Below are positions 21,475-31,768 of a stretch of DNA of 64,000 nt, in pieces (positions within the stretch are counted from its first letter, which is position 1; each line of letters opens with the position of its first letter). Both the position numbers and the translations under genes were made by a program. The stretch lies in contig LBWX01000003.1 in the NCBI GenBank assembly GCA_000995065.1, forward strand, positions 22,304 to 86,303, read 5' to 3'. The stretch comes from a candidate division CPR2 bacterium GW2011_GWC2_39_35 (lineage in GTDB: Bacteria > Patescibacteriota > CPR2). The notes beneath the pieces were generated by a model. It was not told the DNA's origin, searched no databases, and worked only from the letters and a program-made list of their open reading frames with translations.

Positions 21475-23235
21475 TCAATATGAACTTGATACTTTTACAA
21501 ACCCCTGCTCGCAATCTAATTCGGTCTCTTTGGAATAGGCTGGTACTAAGAGAGACTCCGGCTCTACTAACAAACAAGGCTTAGATAAAACCTTAGAATA
21601 AACTTGGGCAAACAAAGAATTATTTTTTACGATAAAGCCTGCTGATTTAAGCAAACCTGGCAGTAATTCCGGCCATATTTCTTCTAAGACCACGATATCG
21701 TCCTTACCCACCTTTGCAAAATCCAAAATGCTATTTAGTTCTCTTAAAGCTCCCTTAACTTTACCTCGATTAAGAATTTTTCCGCTTATCTCTTTACTAC
21801 CTGTTTTCTTGTTTTGACCTATTATCCACACCTTACCCTCATCCCCATCTAAAATAATTGGATCGCCGTCATGCAATCTCTCTGAAGCCACTTGGGTTGC
21901 AATTATACACGGAATCCCCAACTCTCTGGAAACCAGAGCAGCATGACACGTCACTCCGCCCTCGTCGGTAATGACCCCGGCTGCCCGCCCCATCGCCATG
22001 CCATAATCTGGAGAGGTGGTTTTTGCAACTAAAATATCACCTTTTTCGATTTTATTAAGCTCAGTTTCCGAGTGGATCACCTTTACTTTACCCGAAGCTA
22101 CTCCCTGAGAAGCAACATTGCCGGCAATCGATTCCGGCGGATTTTCATTTTCTGCAATAATGCCGTAGTCATTTATTATCTGACTGATAAATTCATGTCT
22201 GGGAACTATCTGCATTTTAGTCTCCCAAACTAGAATTGCCCAACCCAACTTTCTCCGGTTCATTTCTAAATCATCGAACACTTCTCCATTTAATGCACTT
22301 ATCATTTCTTCTAAGGTAAGCAATTGCGCTTCTTCATAGGAATATGAAGTCCTATCTGCAACTTCTTTGAGTAAGGGCGCAATGCTTGATTCGAACTTCC
22401 GAAGAGCTTCCCTCAGGGAATATTCACCCGACAGATAATCTTGAAACAAGAGAATTTTACTTACAACAGCTTTATCAGTTATTTTAGCTAACTCGGCCGT
22501 AAACATTTTCTTTCTTTCATCCCTTTCCTTAGCTAAAACATCAATTAAAATCTTGGGATCAATTTCATCCATCACCATTCTGGCGCTATTTTCGAAATCT
22601 TGGGTTCCAAGCAACTTATCTGAGAATAGTTTTACTGAGAGGTAAGAATATTTCTGAGCATGTTCGGCGAGTCTCTTTCGGTAATTTTCTGCTAAACCGT
22701 TTTTATAAGCCCCATTTACTATTTCTAAAAATTCATCTATTTCTTTGGATGCCTCGCCGTCATCAGCCAATCCCAAAAGAATTTCATGCTTATCCTTAGG
22801 CAATATTTTCATAAGCCCAAAAGCCATTTCTGTCTTCATAAAAGGGTGAATAAATGTATAAAAGAAAAGGTCCGAAAGATCGGTTTTTAGGGATTTAATT
22901 ATTCTTAAGAGCCCTTCGTTATTGATCTTCTTAAAATCAGAATGAAAAAGTTCATCCGATAAAACTTGAATTTTCCGAAGAAGCCTTTTTAAATCCTCAC
23001 TTTTGGCCGAGGAATAATCCGGACTACTCTTTAGCTTTTTCACTATTGATTCGGAAAGCTTGTCGTATTCATCATGAGTTATATATGAAGAATGAATTAA
23101 ACCATTATAAAAATAATAATTAATTTTAAATCCAAATTCTTTTTCGATCTTTTTTAGAAGCATTTGGACAAATTCATATTTTAGAAAAATGCAGGTGCTT
23201 GTATGATTTTTCTTTATCCAGTTAATCTTTGACAC
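21475..23235 (-). CDS. PEP-utilising enzyme mobile-domain protein
   Basis: GDILVAKTTSP, TDEGGVTCHAALVSRELGIPC phospho-His motif; a second degenerate copy at the C-terminus. Confidence 0.85.
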   Translation of the reverse strand: MSKINWIKKNHTSTCIFLKYEFVQMLLKKIEKEFGFKINYYFYNGLIHSSYITHDEYDKLSESIVKKLKSSPDYSSAKSEDLKRLLRKIQVLSDELFHSDFKKINNEGLLRIIKSLKTDLSDLFFYTFIHPFMKTEMAFGLMKILPKDKHEILLGLADDGEASKEIDEFLEIVNGAYKNGLAENYRKRLAEHAQKYSYLSVKLFSDKLLGTQDFENSARMVMDEIDPKILIDVLAKERDERKKMFTAELAKITDKAVVSKILLFQDYLSGEYSLREALRKFESSIAPLLKEVADRTSYSYEEAQLLTLEEMISALNGEVFDDLEMNRRKLGWAILVWETKMQIVPRHEFISQIINDYGIIAENENPPESIAGNVASQGVASGKVKVIHSETELNKIEKGDILVAKTTSPDYGMAMGRAAGVITDEGGVTCHAALVSRELGIPCIIATQVASERLHDGDPIILDGDEGKVWIIGQNKKTGSKEISGKILNRGKVKGALRELNSILDFAKVGKDDIVVLEEIWPELLPGLLKSAGFIVKNNSLFAQVYSKVLSKPCLLVEPESLLVPAYSKETELDCEQGFVKVSSSY

Positions 23236-23311
23236 AAAAACCCTCCATTACAATAATAAACACAAAAATGCTAAGTAACAAGTTCAAAATTTAACAGATT
23301 GCTATACAGCT

Positions 23312-23782
23312 TTAACGCTTCAGAAGAAAAGCATATCTCTTTATCTTCTTTCTTCTAACTTTTCGCTTTGTGGCAACACGAGGATGGTGGCTGTCTAAAA
23401 AATTTTTCCAATTTTCTTTTAGCCATCTTTTTTGCAAAATTAAGATATCCTCAAGGCCCCTTGTGGCCATTTCTTTTCCTACCACACCGCCTTTATGAGG
23501 ATGGTCAAACCTTTTAAGATGAGGGGAAGAAAAACCATGCGCATAATGAACAAGCTCATGAGCAATTGTTCCCTGGATTACAAACTCCGGCACTTCACCG
23601 ATCTTGAGCAGAGAATTAATGGTAATAAGAGTAGAGCCATCATCTTGTTTTTTAATCGAGCCAAGCCTTGTCCGAGCCTTCCGTCCAAAGCGAATCTTAA
23701 CATCATTTAATTTTTCGATATCCAAAAAATATCTGTTCCAAATATCCTGAAGTTTTAGCTCTAACCATCGATTGTCTCTCAT
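23312..23782 (-). CDS. SprT-like zinc metalloprotease domain protein
   Basis: IAHELVHY HExxH plus downstream PH-x-G. Confidence 0.8.
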   Translation of the reverse strand: MRDNRWLELKLQDIWNRYFLDIEKLNDVKIRFGRKARTRLGSIKKQDDGSTLITINSLLKIGEVPEFVIQGTIAHELVHYAHGFSSPHLKRFDHPHKGGVVGKEMATRGLEDILILQKRWLKENWKNFLDSHHPRVATKRKVRRKKIKRYAFLLKR

Positions 23783-23846
23783 AAAAAAATCTCATCTTAC
23801 AACATAAGAGCTTTGCTAAGCTCTTATTTAAATTATGAGCTCTAAA

Positions 23847-24359
23847 TCACTCGTCTTTCTTGATATTTTTCTTAAAATTATCAACGACTTGCTTTCCGTA
23901 AAAACGAAACATCTTCGAAAACACATTAACATTCCTAACCGCTTGATGCTCTAAGTCATGAACCAAATCTTCAGCAATTTCTTTGTTTTTAATACCGACA
24001 TTTTTATAAGCCGAGAGATCAAATCCTAATTTTTCGTGAGCAATATTTGACTCTTTCTTAACAGTTGTCTCGCCTATTTTAATGTTTTCCAGCTTTTCCC
24101 TTACCTCTTCTCGGGCAACCTCCTCAACCTTTTTTGATGGTTCGCTAAGGCTACCAGCGGCTTCTTCTTTGGCAATCAATTCTTCGACACCGCTATCATT
24201 TAAGCCCGAAGGCGTAATGACTTTTTGTCCTCTAATATTTGATGAATTATCCTTGTCATTTGCTCTAAGCTGCTCATAAGAAAAAACTCGGCCACAATCC
24301 AAACAGACATAATGACCTTCGTCGTAAACTACTTGTCCGCCACAATACAAACATTTCAT
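23847..24359 (-). CDS. Zinc-ribbon (TFIIB-type) domain protein
   Basis: N-terminal CLYCGG...CLDCG. Confidence 0.7.
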   Translation of the reverse strand: MKCLYCGGQVVYDEGHYVCLDCGRVFSYEQLRANDKDNSSNIRGQKVITPSGLNDSGVEELIAKEEAAGSLSEPSKKVEEVAREEVREKLENIKIGETTVKKESNIAHEKLGFDLSAYKNVGIKNKEIAEDLVHDLEHQAVRNVNVFSKMFRFYGKQVVDNFKKNIKKDE

Positions 24360-24475
24360 ATTAATATTTTAGGCTAATAGACTAAAGGGTCAATACCAAT
24401 TAACAATAAGCAATAAGCAAAGAACAATTTAAGAATCGAGATTTGTGCATTTATTCTTGTTTATTGTTTATTTTT

Positions 24476-25366
24476 TTAAGCCATAGCCTTAAGACGTTTT
24501 ATTCTTTCTTCCACCGGAGGATGAGTATTAAAAAAATTGATAAACCATCCCCTCGATGATCCTTTATGTTCTTTTAGAGGATTTTCTATATATAGATGGG
24601 CCGTAGCTTTGTTAGCCGCTTCCAAAGGTTCTGTATCAGCCGCAATCTTTTCTAAAGCTTTGGCGAGGCCTTCTGGATATCTAGTCAGAAGTGCTCCCGT
24701 AGCGTCGGCTAGATATTCTCTCTTCCTGGATAACGAGAGTTGTATTAAGCTCGCAAAAATAGGCGAAAGAAGTGCCAAAACGATACCGGCTACCATCAGA
24801 ATAAGCCCTAATTGACCGGACTGACGATCGTCATCACGACCGCCCCAAAAGCTCATTCGGAGAAAAAAATCGGCCATTAAGGCAACAATCCCAACCATCA
24901 CCACCATTACTGTCATAAGCCGTATATCATAATTTTTGATGTGAGACATCTCATGGGCAATTACGCCTTCCAATTCTGTTTTCTCCAATTTTTCTAAAAG
25001 TCCCCGAGTGACAGCAATCGCCGAATGATCCGGATTCCGGCCCGTAGCGAATGCATTAGGCGCACTATCATTAATTATATAAACTTTAGGCATCGGGAGA
25101 CCGCTTGCAATAGATAGATTCTCGACAATGCGGAAAAGCTCCGGATTATCATTCTTTAAAACCGGTTTTGCACCGGAAACCGCAAGAGTTATTTTATCGG
25201 AATAAAAATAACCGGCCCAAGCTTGAACTAATGAAAAAATCACCGCAATCGGCAAAATAACAGGATAGCGATAAGAAAAAACATATGCCAGTCCGATTAC
25301 AAACGCAGGAAACAAAATCATGATAATGACAGTTTTTATTTTATTAGACTCAATTTCTCGATACAT
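24476..25366 (-). CDS. htpX: M48 family zinc protease HtpX
   Basis: PNAFATG, AHEMSH, SRKREYLAD, THPP; adjacent to lemA. Confidence 0.95.
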   Translation of the reverse strand: MYREIESNKIKTVIIMILFPAFVIGLAYVFSYRYPVILPIAVIFSLVQAWAGYFYSDKITLAVSGAKPVLKNDNPELFRIVENLSIASGLPMPKVYIINDSAPNAFATGRNPDHSAIAVTRGLLEKLEKTELEGVIAHEMSHIKNYDIRLMTVMVVMVGIVALMADFFLRMSFWGGRDDDRQSGQLGLILMVAGIVLALLSPIFASLIQLSLSRKREYLADATGALLTRYPEGLAKALEKIAADTEPLEAANKATAHLYIENPLKEHKGSSRGWFINFFNTHPPVEERIKRLKAMA

Positions 25367-25524
25367 AATCCTCCTTACCACCAAGACAAAAATACAATAT
25401 AGAATTTGGAATTTAGTATCTAGAATAGGAATGAAGAATAAAAAAATTTAGAATTATTCAGCACTACATTCTGTATTCAATATTCCTATTCCAAATTCTA
25501 AATACTACACTCTAGATTCTTTAG

Positions 25525-26079
25525 CTAGAATTTCACCTCGACATTTTCCCTCTCCTCCGGATTTTCTATCTCAAACAACTCTTTCTTTTGAAAGTGGAAT
25601 AATGAGGCAATTATACTAGAGGGAAATTGCTCAATACTTATATTAAGGTCTCTGACATTGCCGTTGTAGAACCTTCTTGAGGCCTGAATTTTATCTTCGG
25701 TATCGGTTAATTCATCCTGAAGCTTCTGAAAATTATCCGAAGCCTTTAAATCGGGATAATTTTCTGCCACCGCAAATACCGATTTTAAGGCGTCCGTTAA
25801 CACATTTTCTGCCTTGCCTTGCTGCTCAATGCTCCGAGCATTAATAGCTGAAGTTCTAGCTTTGGTTACTTCTTCAAAAACGCTTTTTTCATGAGTAGCA
25901 TAACCTTTTACCGTTTCCACTAAGTTCGGGATTAAATCATGCCTTCTTTTCAATTGGACATCTATATCGCTCCAAGCTTCTTCCGATCTCGTTCTTAGTG
26001 ATACCAGCCGGTTAAAAGCAAAGACAATATACAGGCCAAAAACAATTGCGAGAATAGCAACTATCAAAAGTGGGTTCAT
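25525..26079 (-). CDS. lemA: LemA family protein
   Basis: [33 protein letters not shown]. Confidence 0.97.
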   Translation of the reverse strand: MNPLLIVAILAIVFGLYIVFAFNRLVSLRTRSEEAWSDIDVQLKRRHDLIPNLVETVKGYATHEKSVFEEVTKARTSAINARSIEQQGKAENVLTDALKSVFAVAENYPDLKASDNFQKLQDELTDTEDKIQASRRFYNGNVRDLNISIEQFPSSIIASLFHFQKKELFEIENPEERENVEVKF

Positions 26080-26203
26080 TTTTCCTCCTTTTTTGTTTAG
26101 CGAACAAAAATAATAAGCAATAAACAGTTAACTATTAAGATCTAAAAGTATTATAAAACGTTTTTTATTATTTGTTTATTGTTTTTATTTACTATCTTAG
26201 TTC

Positions 26204-26662
26204 TTAGGGAATGATTAATTTCTGGCCAATTTGCAGGTCTTCGCCATCCATATTATTAGCTTTTTGGATGGCCTCTACCGTAGTGTCATATTTAGAAGCA
26301 ATAGTCCAAAGAGTGTCGCCTTCACTAATGGTATGCGTTTTGTCAGATGATAATGGCGTTGGAGTTGGCGTGGGAGCAGGAGTAGCAGTCGGTGCCGGAA
26401 CTGACGGCGCCGGAGAAGTTGTTGGATTCGGTGTCTCGGTATTTTCGGCCTGCTTAGATTCGCTTTGGGGCGGATAGGATATTTCTTGAGTCGGCGTTAC
26501 ATTGGTATTGTTCATCGGCTTATAATAAATCTTCCAGAAGAATGCAATCATTCCGATTGCTAAAAAACCGGTTACCGGCCAAACCAACATATATTTTCTA
26601 GCTTCCTTTTTTTCTTCTTTTAGTTCTTTCTTTAAGTCTTCTGATAGATGAGGTTGAGACAT
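26204..26662 (-). CDS. Membrane-anchored LysM domain protein with a Pro/Thr linker
   Basis: HTISEGDTLWTIASKY...LQIGQKLIIP. Confidence 0.9.
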   Translation of the reverse strand: MSQPHLSEDLKKELKEEKKEARKYMLVWPVTGFLAIGMIAFFWKIYYKPMNNTNVTPTQEISYPPQSESKQAENTETPNPTTSPAPSVPAPTATPAPTPTPTPLSSDKTHTISEGDTLWTIASKYDTTVEAIQKANNMDGEDLQIGQKLIIP

Positions 26663-26783
26663 ATTAATTACCCCTTTTTACGATTTCATTATAGCACACC
26701 TTCCAAAATGGTAAAGCTAGTTAGCAATGTTCTTAATAACAAGCTAATTGATCCAATTTATAACGAAATCCCCCGATTAACTA

Positions 26784-27362
26784 TTAAATCGGGGGGTTAC
26801 TTCCCTTGCACAAATTATTAAGACCATAGCCACCCTCAATCTTTCTCTTGAGGCGCGTTATTTCAGTGATAACTGATTCGCCTTTTGGATCTATGATATG
26901 CCCTAATAAATATAGAGGTTCGAAGATCCATTGACGATGGAAAGGTATGTGATAGTCCATGCCATGTTCCACGGCCGAAACGCCGTAAGCTTTAAAAACC
27001 ATCACTAACCTTTTTGCATGAGTCTTGTGGCTTACGATAGTTACTCGAGGGTTATTAATACCAAGCTTTCTTAACATTAGTATCAAGCAGATGACATTTT
27101 GATAACCATCTAGCGGCCTATAGCCGGTCTCGTTCCGGATTATCTGCTCCTCCGGGATGCCAAATTCCGCAAACTGATCGGCCATAACATCGCCCGGCGG
27201 TCGTTCTTGTGTTTTCTTTACGATGTCGCCAATCGATGCCACGTAATCATATCCACCCTCAGACCACATATTCTGACCTTCTTCAATTCTCCAGCAAGAC
27301 TCCTTATCCTCACCATCCCATGCCGGCAGCACAAATAGTATTTCCGTGTATACATTCGTCAA
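26784..27362 (-). CDS. YdcF/DUF218-like protein
   Basis: MADQFAEFGIPEEQI and IVSHKTHAKR resemble DUF218 motifs; GAGGTGA RBS. Confidence 0.55.
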   Translation of the reverse strand: MTNVYTEILFVLPAWDGEDKESCWRIEEGQNMWSEGGYDYVASIGDIVKKTQERPPGDVMADQFAEFGIPEEQIIRNETGYRPLDGYQNVICLILMLRKLGINNPRVTIVSHKTHAKRLVMVFKAYGVSAVEHGMDYHIPFHRQWIFEPLYLLGHIIDPKGESVITEITRLKRKIEGGYGLNNLCKGSNPPI

Positions 27363-27596
27363 TCCATCTCACCTCTATTCTTATCTTAAGATACCCAACT
27401 AATTAATCTAAAAAGCTGACCGGTTATTGTATAACAATTTTCTTAATTTAGCAATCAAAAAACCGCTTGGTGTCGACAAAACCACAACAAACCCAGCATA
27501 AAAATATTGCCAATTGAATTCATATCTGACATAATGGTATATTACTTACGCTTGATGGTTCATTTAAATAATCAATAGGTAAAATGAGTAAAGGAG

Positions 27597-27830
27597 ATGG
27601 GTATGGCCAAAACGGCACTGGCACCAGAAAAATATGTCAGAATCGAAGTCGAAAAGGATGGTGGGGTTAGATATGCTTACTATAACCTACTAAACAAGAC
27701 CTACACTTGGGATCCATATTTTATCCCTGAAAATGCAATCATTATGGATCAAGTTGCAAAAATAGACCTACCAAAAGGCCAGGTACTTACCTCAGAAATG
27801 ATAGAAGCAAAAGGACCATTTATCTTTTAA
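27597..27830 (+). CDS. Hypothetical protein
   Basis: AAGGAG RBS; followed by a hairpin terminator at about 27860-27925. Confidence 0.6.
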   Translation: MGMAKTALAPEKYVRIEVEKDGGVRYAYYNLLNKTYTWDPYFIPENAIIMDQVAKIDLPKGQVLTSEMIEAKGPFIF

Positions 27831-28056
27831 TGGCCTGTAGATTTTTATGCTTCTAAAATCTCCGAATGGAGTTGCAATAAGTTTGAGCACCCGCTCAAGC
27901 CGCAACCCACCATTCGGAGATTTTTCTTTTAAACAAAAAAAATCTTTTTGGCTGCTCTTTTACCAATGATACCCGGCCTTCGATTAACTCAGGGTTTACC
28001 ATGTTATAATAAATAAAAGCCTTTAAGATCTAAACAATAGTAAGCTTGTCAAACTA

Positions 28057-28143
28057 TGGTGCCCGGGGCGGGACTCGAACCCGCAAGGTGTCGCCACCAC
28101 TGGATTTTAAGTCCAGCGCGTATACCAATTCCGCCACCCGGGC
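28057..28143 (-). tRNA. tRNA-Leu(TAA)
   Basis: Cloverleaf, anticodon loop CTTAAAA, long variable arm, GGTTCGA, CCA end. Confidence 0.95.
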
Positions 28144-28234
28144 GCTTTTAGAATTAAGAATTATGAATAACGTATAAAGAACATACAAAAAAATAATACT
28201 TAATTCTTAACTCGTTATTCTTTATTCCGAATCA

Positions 28235-28308
28235 TGGAGGCCTCGACCGGATTTGAACCGGTGTACGCGGTTTTGCAGACCGCTGCGTAGCCACTCCGCC
28301 ACGAGGCC
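28235..28308 (-). tRNA. tRNA-Cys(GCA)
   Basis: GGCCTCG..., anticodon loop CTGCAAA, GGTTCAA, CCA end. Confidence 0.95.
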
Positions 28309-28311
28309 AAA

Positions 28312-28761
28312 TTATCGTAGGGCAACTTGATCCGGTGCAATTATTTTGCCGAAATCATCCGCTCTTTCAGCCGTTTGATCGTTGATTCCCAGACTTAGAT
28401 AGCTACCATCAGCGGCCTTAAAATCCCAAAACTTTTCCGATTCACCCTTTTTAAATATCTCTTCTCCGAACGTCTCTTCAGCAGTCGCACGAGCAGTAAA
28501 AAGAAAATCAAGCCTCTTTCCCATAAATTCCAGGCTTTCTGGAAAGGGCTCCTCAAAAGGAGTCTCAATCGGTTTTACCAAAATATAACTATTGGATTCT
28601 TCATCATCGGCAAACACATAACCGCCACTCAAAAAACATTTTACATAATATGTTCCATCATCAAAACGAAATTTAATAACTTCTTTTACAGAGAATTCTT
28701 TACCTTCAACCAGTAACTTCGCATTCGGTTTAATTTTTGAACGAAACACATTAACTTCCAT
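28312..28761 (-). CDS. Hypothetical protein (possibly DUF4178-like)
   Basis: 149-aa ORF with a GAGG RBS, between tRNA-Gly and tRNA-Cys. Confidence 0.7.
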   Translation of the reverse strand: MEVNVFRSKIKPNAKLLVEGKEFSVKEVIKFRFDDGTYYVKCFLSGGYVFADDEESNSYILVKPIETPFEEPFPESLEFMGKRLDFLFTARATAEETFGEEIFKKGESEKFWDFKAADGSYLSLGINDQTAERADDFGKIIAPDQVALR

Positions 28762-28780
28762 CTTCTACCTCTAAATTAAA

Positions 28781-28855
28781 TGGAGCGGACGAGCGGAATC
28801 GAACCGCCATCTTAGCCTTGGCAAGGCTACGTAATAACCACTATACGACGCCCGC
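28781..28855 (-). tRNA. tRNA-Gly(GCC)
   Basis: GCGGGCG..., anticodon loop TTGCCAA, GGTTCGA, CCA end. Confidence 0.95.
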
Positions 28856-28918
28856 ATATTTATTTATTTTTCAAATTCTCTATAAAACAAGCCTATCCAA
28901 TTGTAAAAGAACTTTATA

Positions 28919-28993
28919 TGGTGGCGAGGGGCAGAATCGAACTGCCCACGCAAGGATTTTCAGTCCTTCGCTCTACCACTGAGCTACCCCGCC
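28919..28993 (-). tRNA. tRNA-Phe(GAA)
   Basis: Anticodon loop CTGAAAA, AGTTCGA, CCA end. Confidence 0.95.
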
Positions 28994-28996
28994 GTG

Positions 28997-29067
28997 TTCA
29001 GATTTCGGATATCAGACATCGGATTTCTGAAAATCCGACCTCCGAACTCAGATATCTGACATCCGAA
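28997..29067. repeat. 7-nt-period degenerate repeat with an inverted second half
   Basis: (TCAGATT TCGGATA TCAGACA TCGGATT) followed by complementary (ATCCGAC CTCCGAA CTCAGAT ATCTGAC ATCCGAA). Confidence 0.7.
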
Positions 29068-29169
29068 TTTGGCTTGCCATTTGAAGCCATTCACGAAACT
29101 TGGTTGTTAAACTGAGCAGTCCTACTACGCTAAAGCTTCGTAGGACATTTTTCGCCTCGCGGCGAAAAA

Positions 29170-29246
29170 TGGTGGGCGCTACAGGACTCGAACCTGTGAC
29201 CTACTGGGTGTAAACCAGTCGCTCTAGCCAACTGAGCTAAGCGCCC
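29170..29246 (-). tRNA. tRNA-Val(TAC)
   Basis: Anticodon loop TTTACAC, GGTTCGA, CCA end. Confidence 0.95.
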
Positions 29247-29402
29247 GTGTTTCTTTTTCATACTCAAAACAGCAAAAATATATTAACATAAAAACAAAAA
29301 TTTTGGAATAATTTTTAAGCAAGGATTAAGAATAAAGTATAAAGAATGAAGGTTTTTAAAATTGCTTAATGCTTACTACTTAATACTATATACTTCTTCA
29401 AC

Positions 29403-29489
29403 TGGTGCCGAGGACAGGACTTGAACCTGCACAGGCTTGCGCCCACATGCACCTCAAGCATGCGTGTATACCAATTCCACCACCTCGGC
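29403..29489 (-). tRNA. tRNA-Leu(GAG)
   Basis: Anticodon loop TTGAGGT, long variable arm, CCA end. Confidence 0.95.
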
Positions 29490-29623
29490 AAAAATAATTA
29501 TTAAGACCCAAATATTATACTAAAAAAACACTATTTCGTAAATAATTTCTATCTTTAAAAACCACTTTAGTATTTACACAACTAGCTAGCTATAATTATA
29601 CTAACGATATAAGGAAAACATTA

Positions 29624-30640
29624 ATGATATCAATATTTGAGCGTCCTAGTTTTATAGGTATTGAGATTGGTTACAGATCAATTAAGCTTGTTGAGCTAGA
29701 AAAGAATAAGAAACAGCACAAGCTTTCAAAGGTTGGAGAAATGCCAATTCCTGCAGGAATATTGATGTCCGAAAATAAAGATGACCTAGAAATAATCTCC
29801 AAGTCGATAAAGGATCTGGTAAAGATGCTCGGCTGCAAAACAACAGATGTTGCCTGCGCCATATCATCAGGAGAAATATTTGCTGCTTCCATAGACCTTC
29901 CGTTAATGACTGCTGCCGAAGTGGAGTATGCAATGAAATGGGAAATTAAAAAACGAATTCCGGGAAAAATCGAAGATACGCATGCCAAATGGATAGTAAC
30001 CAACCAAAGAGAAAAAACCGAAGTCTTAATAGTGGCTATTCCCAAACGTATTATTAAAAGATACTTGGAAGTCATAAGTAACAGCGGTCTCATACCCGGA
30101 ATTCTAGAAATCGAACCGTTTTCATTGGCAAGATCATTAACTCAGCCAGGGCAAGGATCAATAATTAACATTCATGTCGGCTCTTCTCTCACAACTGTAA
30201 ATTTTATACAAGATGGAGCCCTAAGAATCAGCAGATATATAAAAGCTGGTGAAGAACAAATTATTGAATCCATGATAAGTTTTTCTAAATCCATAAGTCC
30301 AACGAAAGTGGCAATTGTCAATAAATATACCGTCAAAAAAAATGAATCCGAACAAAATATTAACTATAGACAAAATCCAATTTTAAGAGAAATTATCGAT
30401 GAATTTAAAAAGCTTTGTCATTTTTCGATGGAGAATGGCAAGGAAATATCTCAGGTCGTTCTTTCCGGAGAATGCGCCCTTATCCCCAATTTTCCAGAAT
30501 ATTTGGGAAACGCTTTAGAAAAAGAGATTAGCATTGCCAATACGTGGCTTAAGATAGATTGTTCATCACACGAATCTCCCGCTCAACTAAAAAAAATTAG
30601 TCCAAGATTTGCAGTGGCAGCAGGGCTTGCGCTGGCCTAA
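29624..30640 (+). CDS. pilM: Type IV pilus assembly protein PilM
   Basis: IGIEIGYRSIKLVEL actin-like start, VVLSGE, C-terminal FAVAAGLAL. Confidence 0.9.
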   Translation: MISIFERPSFIGIEIGYRSIKLVELEKNKKQHKLSKVGEMPIPAGILMSENKDDLEIISKSIKDLVKMLGCKTTDVACAISSGEIFAASIDLPLMTAAEVEYAMKWEIKKRIPGKIEDTHAKWIVTNQREKTEVLIVAIPKRIIKRYLEVISNSGLIPGILEIEPFSLARSLTQPGQGSIINIHVGSSLTTVNFIQDGALRISRYIKAGEEQIIESMISFSKSISPTKVAIVNKYTVKKNESEQNINYRQNPILREIIDEFKKLCHFSMENGKEISQVVLSGECALIPNFPEYLGNALEKEISIANTWLKIDCSSHESPAQLKKISPRFAVAAGLALA

Positions 30641-30672
30641 AAACTAGACTATTATTATATATAAGAGGCAAA

Positions 30673-31224
30673 ATGACATTAAATCTAATTCCAGAAGAAG
30701 AAGAAAAAAGGATACTTTTCTTTCCTAAAACTATTAAAACAGTCGTAATCGCTATGGTCGTCGGCGGCATCTCGATCTCTATCTTAGGATTTAGATTTGT
30801 TGCTAACAAAGGACAAGTTTACGCCTTACAAAACGAGAAAAAGTCTTTAGACGTTGAGCTTATATCACTCGATGAAGTAAGAAGTAGCTATCAATATTAT
30901 ACGAGCAGTAAAAGCAAGGACTTGCTTTCTAACCGTACTGTGTTCTCAAAATTCTACAACAATATCCAAGCTGCTACTCCATCAACAGTCTGGCTTAATA
31001 ATGTTAGTTTAAGCGAAAACGATAATTTGACAATAGATGGAAAAACTACGGGGAGATCGGGTGATGAGAAAGCTGAATATACAGAAATCTCCAAATATAC
31101 TTCATCTCTTAAAAAAGCTGGTTTTATTGATCCTAAGATTCAATCAGCATCGATAGACCAAAAGACTAAAGTTGTGACATTTAGAATAGATACCAAAATA
31201 ACAAGGGCCATGATCAGTGAGTGA
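30673..31224 (+). CDS. pilN: Type IV pilus assembly protein PilN
   Basis: LNLIP N-terminal motif, TM, coiled coil, PSTVWL. Confidence 0.85.
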   Translation: MTLNLIPEEEEKRILFFPKTIKTVVIAMVVGGISISILGFRFVANKGQVYALQNEKKSLDVELISLDEVRSSYQYYTSSKSKDLLSNRTVFSKFYNNIQAATPSTVWLNNVSLSENDNLTIDGKTTGRSGDEKAEYTEISKYTSSLKKAGFIDPKIQSASIDQKTKVVTFRIDTKITRAMISE

Positions 31225-31768
31225 TATCGACAACCAAGCAAAAGAGAAATTAGAAAAAGTCGTAAGTAAGAATACTTTCAAGTTTTTTAATGCTTTGATA
31301 TACTTTGCGATTATCGGCACCTCAATTTTAATAACTTCTTTTCTAAGCAATATGATCAAGTCTCAAGAAGAAACAATGAGCAAACAAAGGACAGAAGTAG
31401 CTACTAAAAGAGAAGAAGTTGAGGAACTTAAAAAACTTAAAAACGAATTTCCAGATTTCCCCGCCAAAGTTAATGCGCTTAAAGAGATCGAAACAAAGCA
31501 AAAAGATGCTAGTCAAATTTTAGCCCAGATGAGCCAAGCCGCTAGTGAATCCGGTATCTCTCTTATTAACTTTGCGCCAACTTACACCAAAGGCATTGAA
31601 ATTAAAATAACTTTAACCGGCCCTCATAACAATTTAAAGAAGTTTCTAGAGAATGTCGAAAAGAATAGATTAATTATAAATTCAGTTAGCACTATTGCTA
31701 ATGTTAATATGAGCAAAGCCAATATATTACCAATATTCGAATTAAAAATAAAGCCGGCGGGGGGATAA
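31217..31768 (+). CDS. pilO: Type IV pilus assembly protein PilO
   Basis: TM, coiled coil, ASESGI...G..NLKKFL..VEK; synteny. Confidence 0.8.
   Translation: MSDIDNQAKEKLEKVVSKNTFKFFNALIYFAIIGTSILITSFLSNMIKSQEETMSKQRTEVATKREEVEELKKLKNEFPDFPAKVNALKEIETKQKDASQILAQMSQAASESGISLINFAPTYTKGIEIKITLTGPHNNLKKFLENVEKNRLIINSVSTIANVNMSKANILPIFELKIKPAGG

Noticed and set aside
28918-29115. 65-aa ORF
   Set aside because: Antisense to tRNA-Phe and runs through a heptamer repeat.
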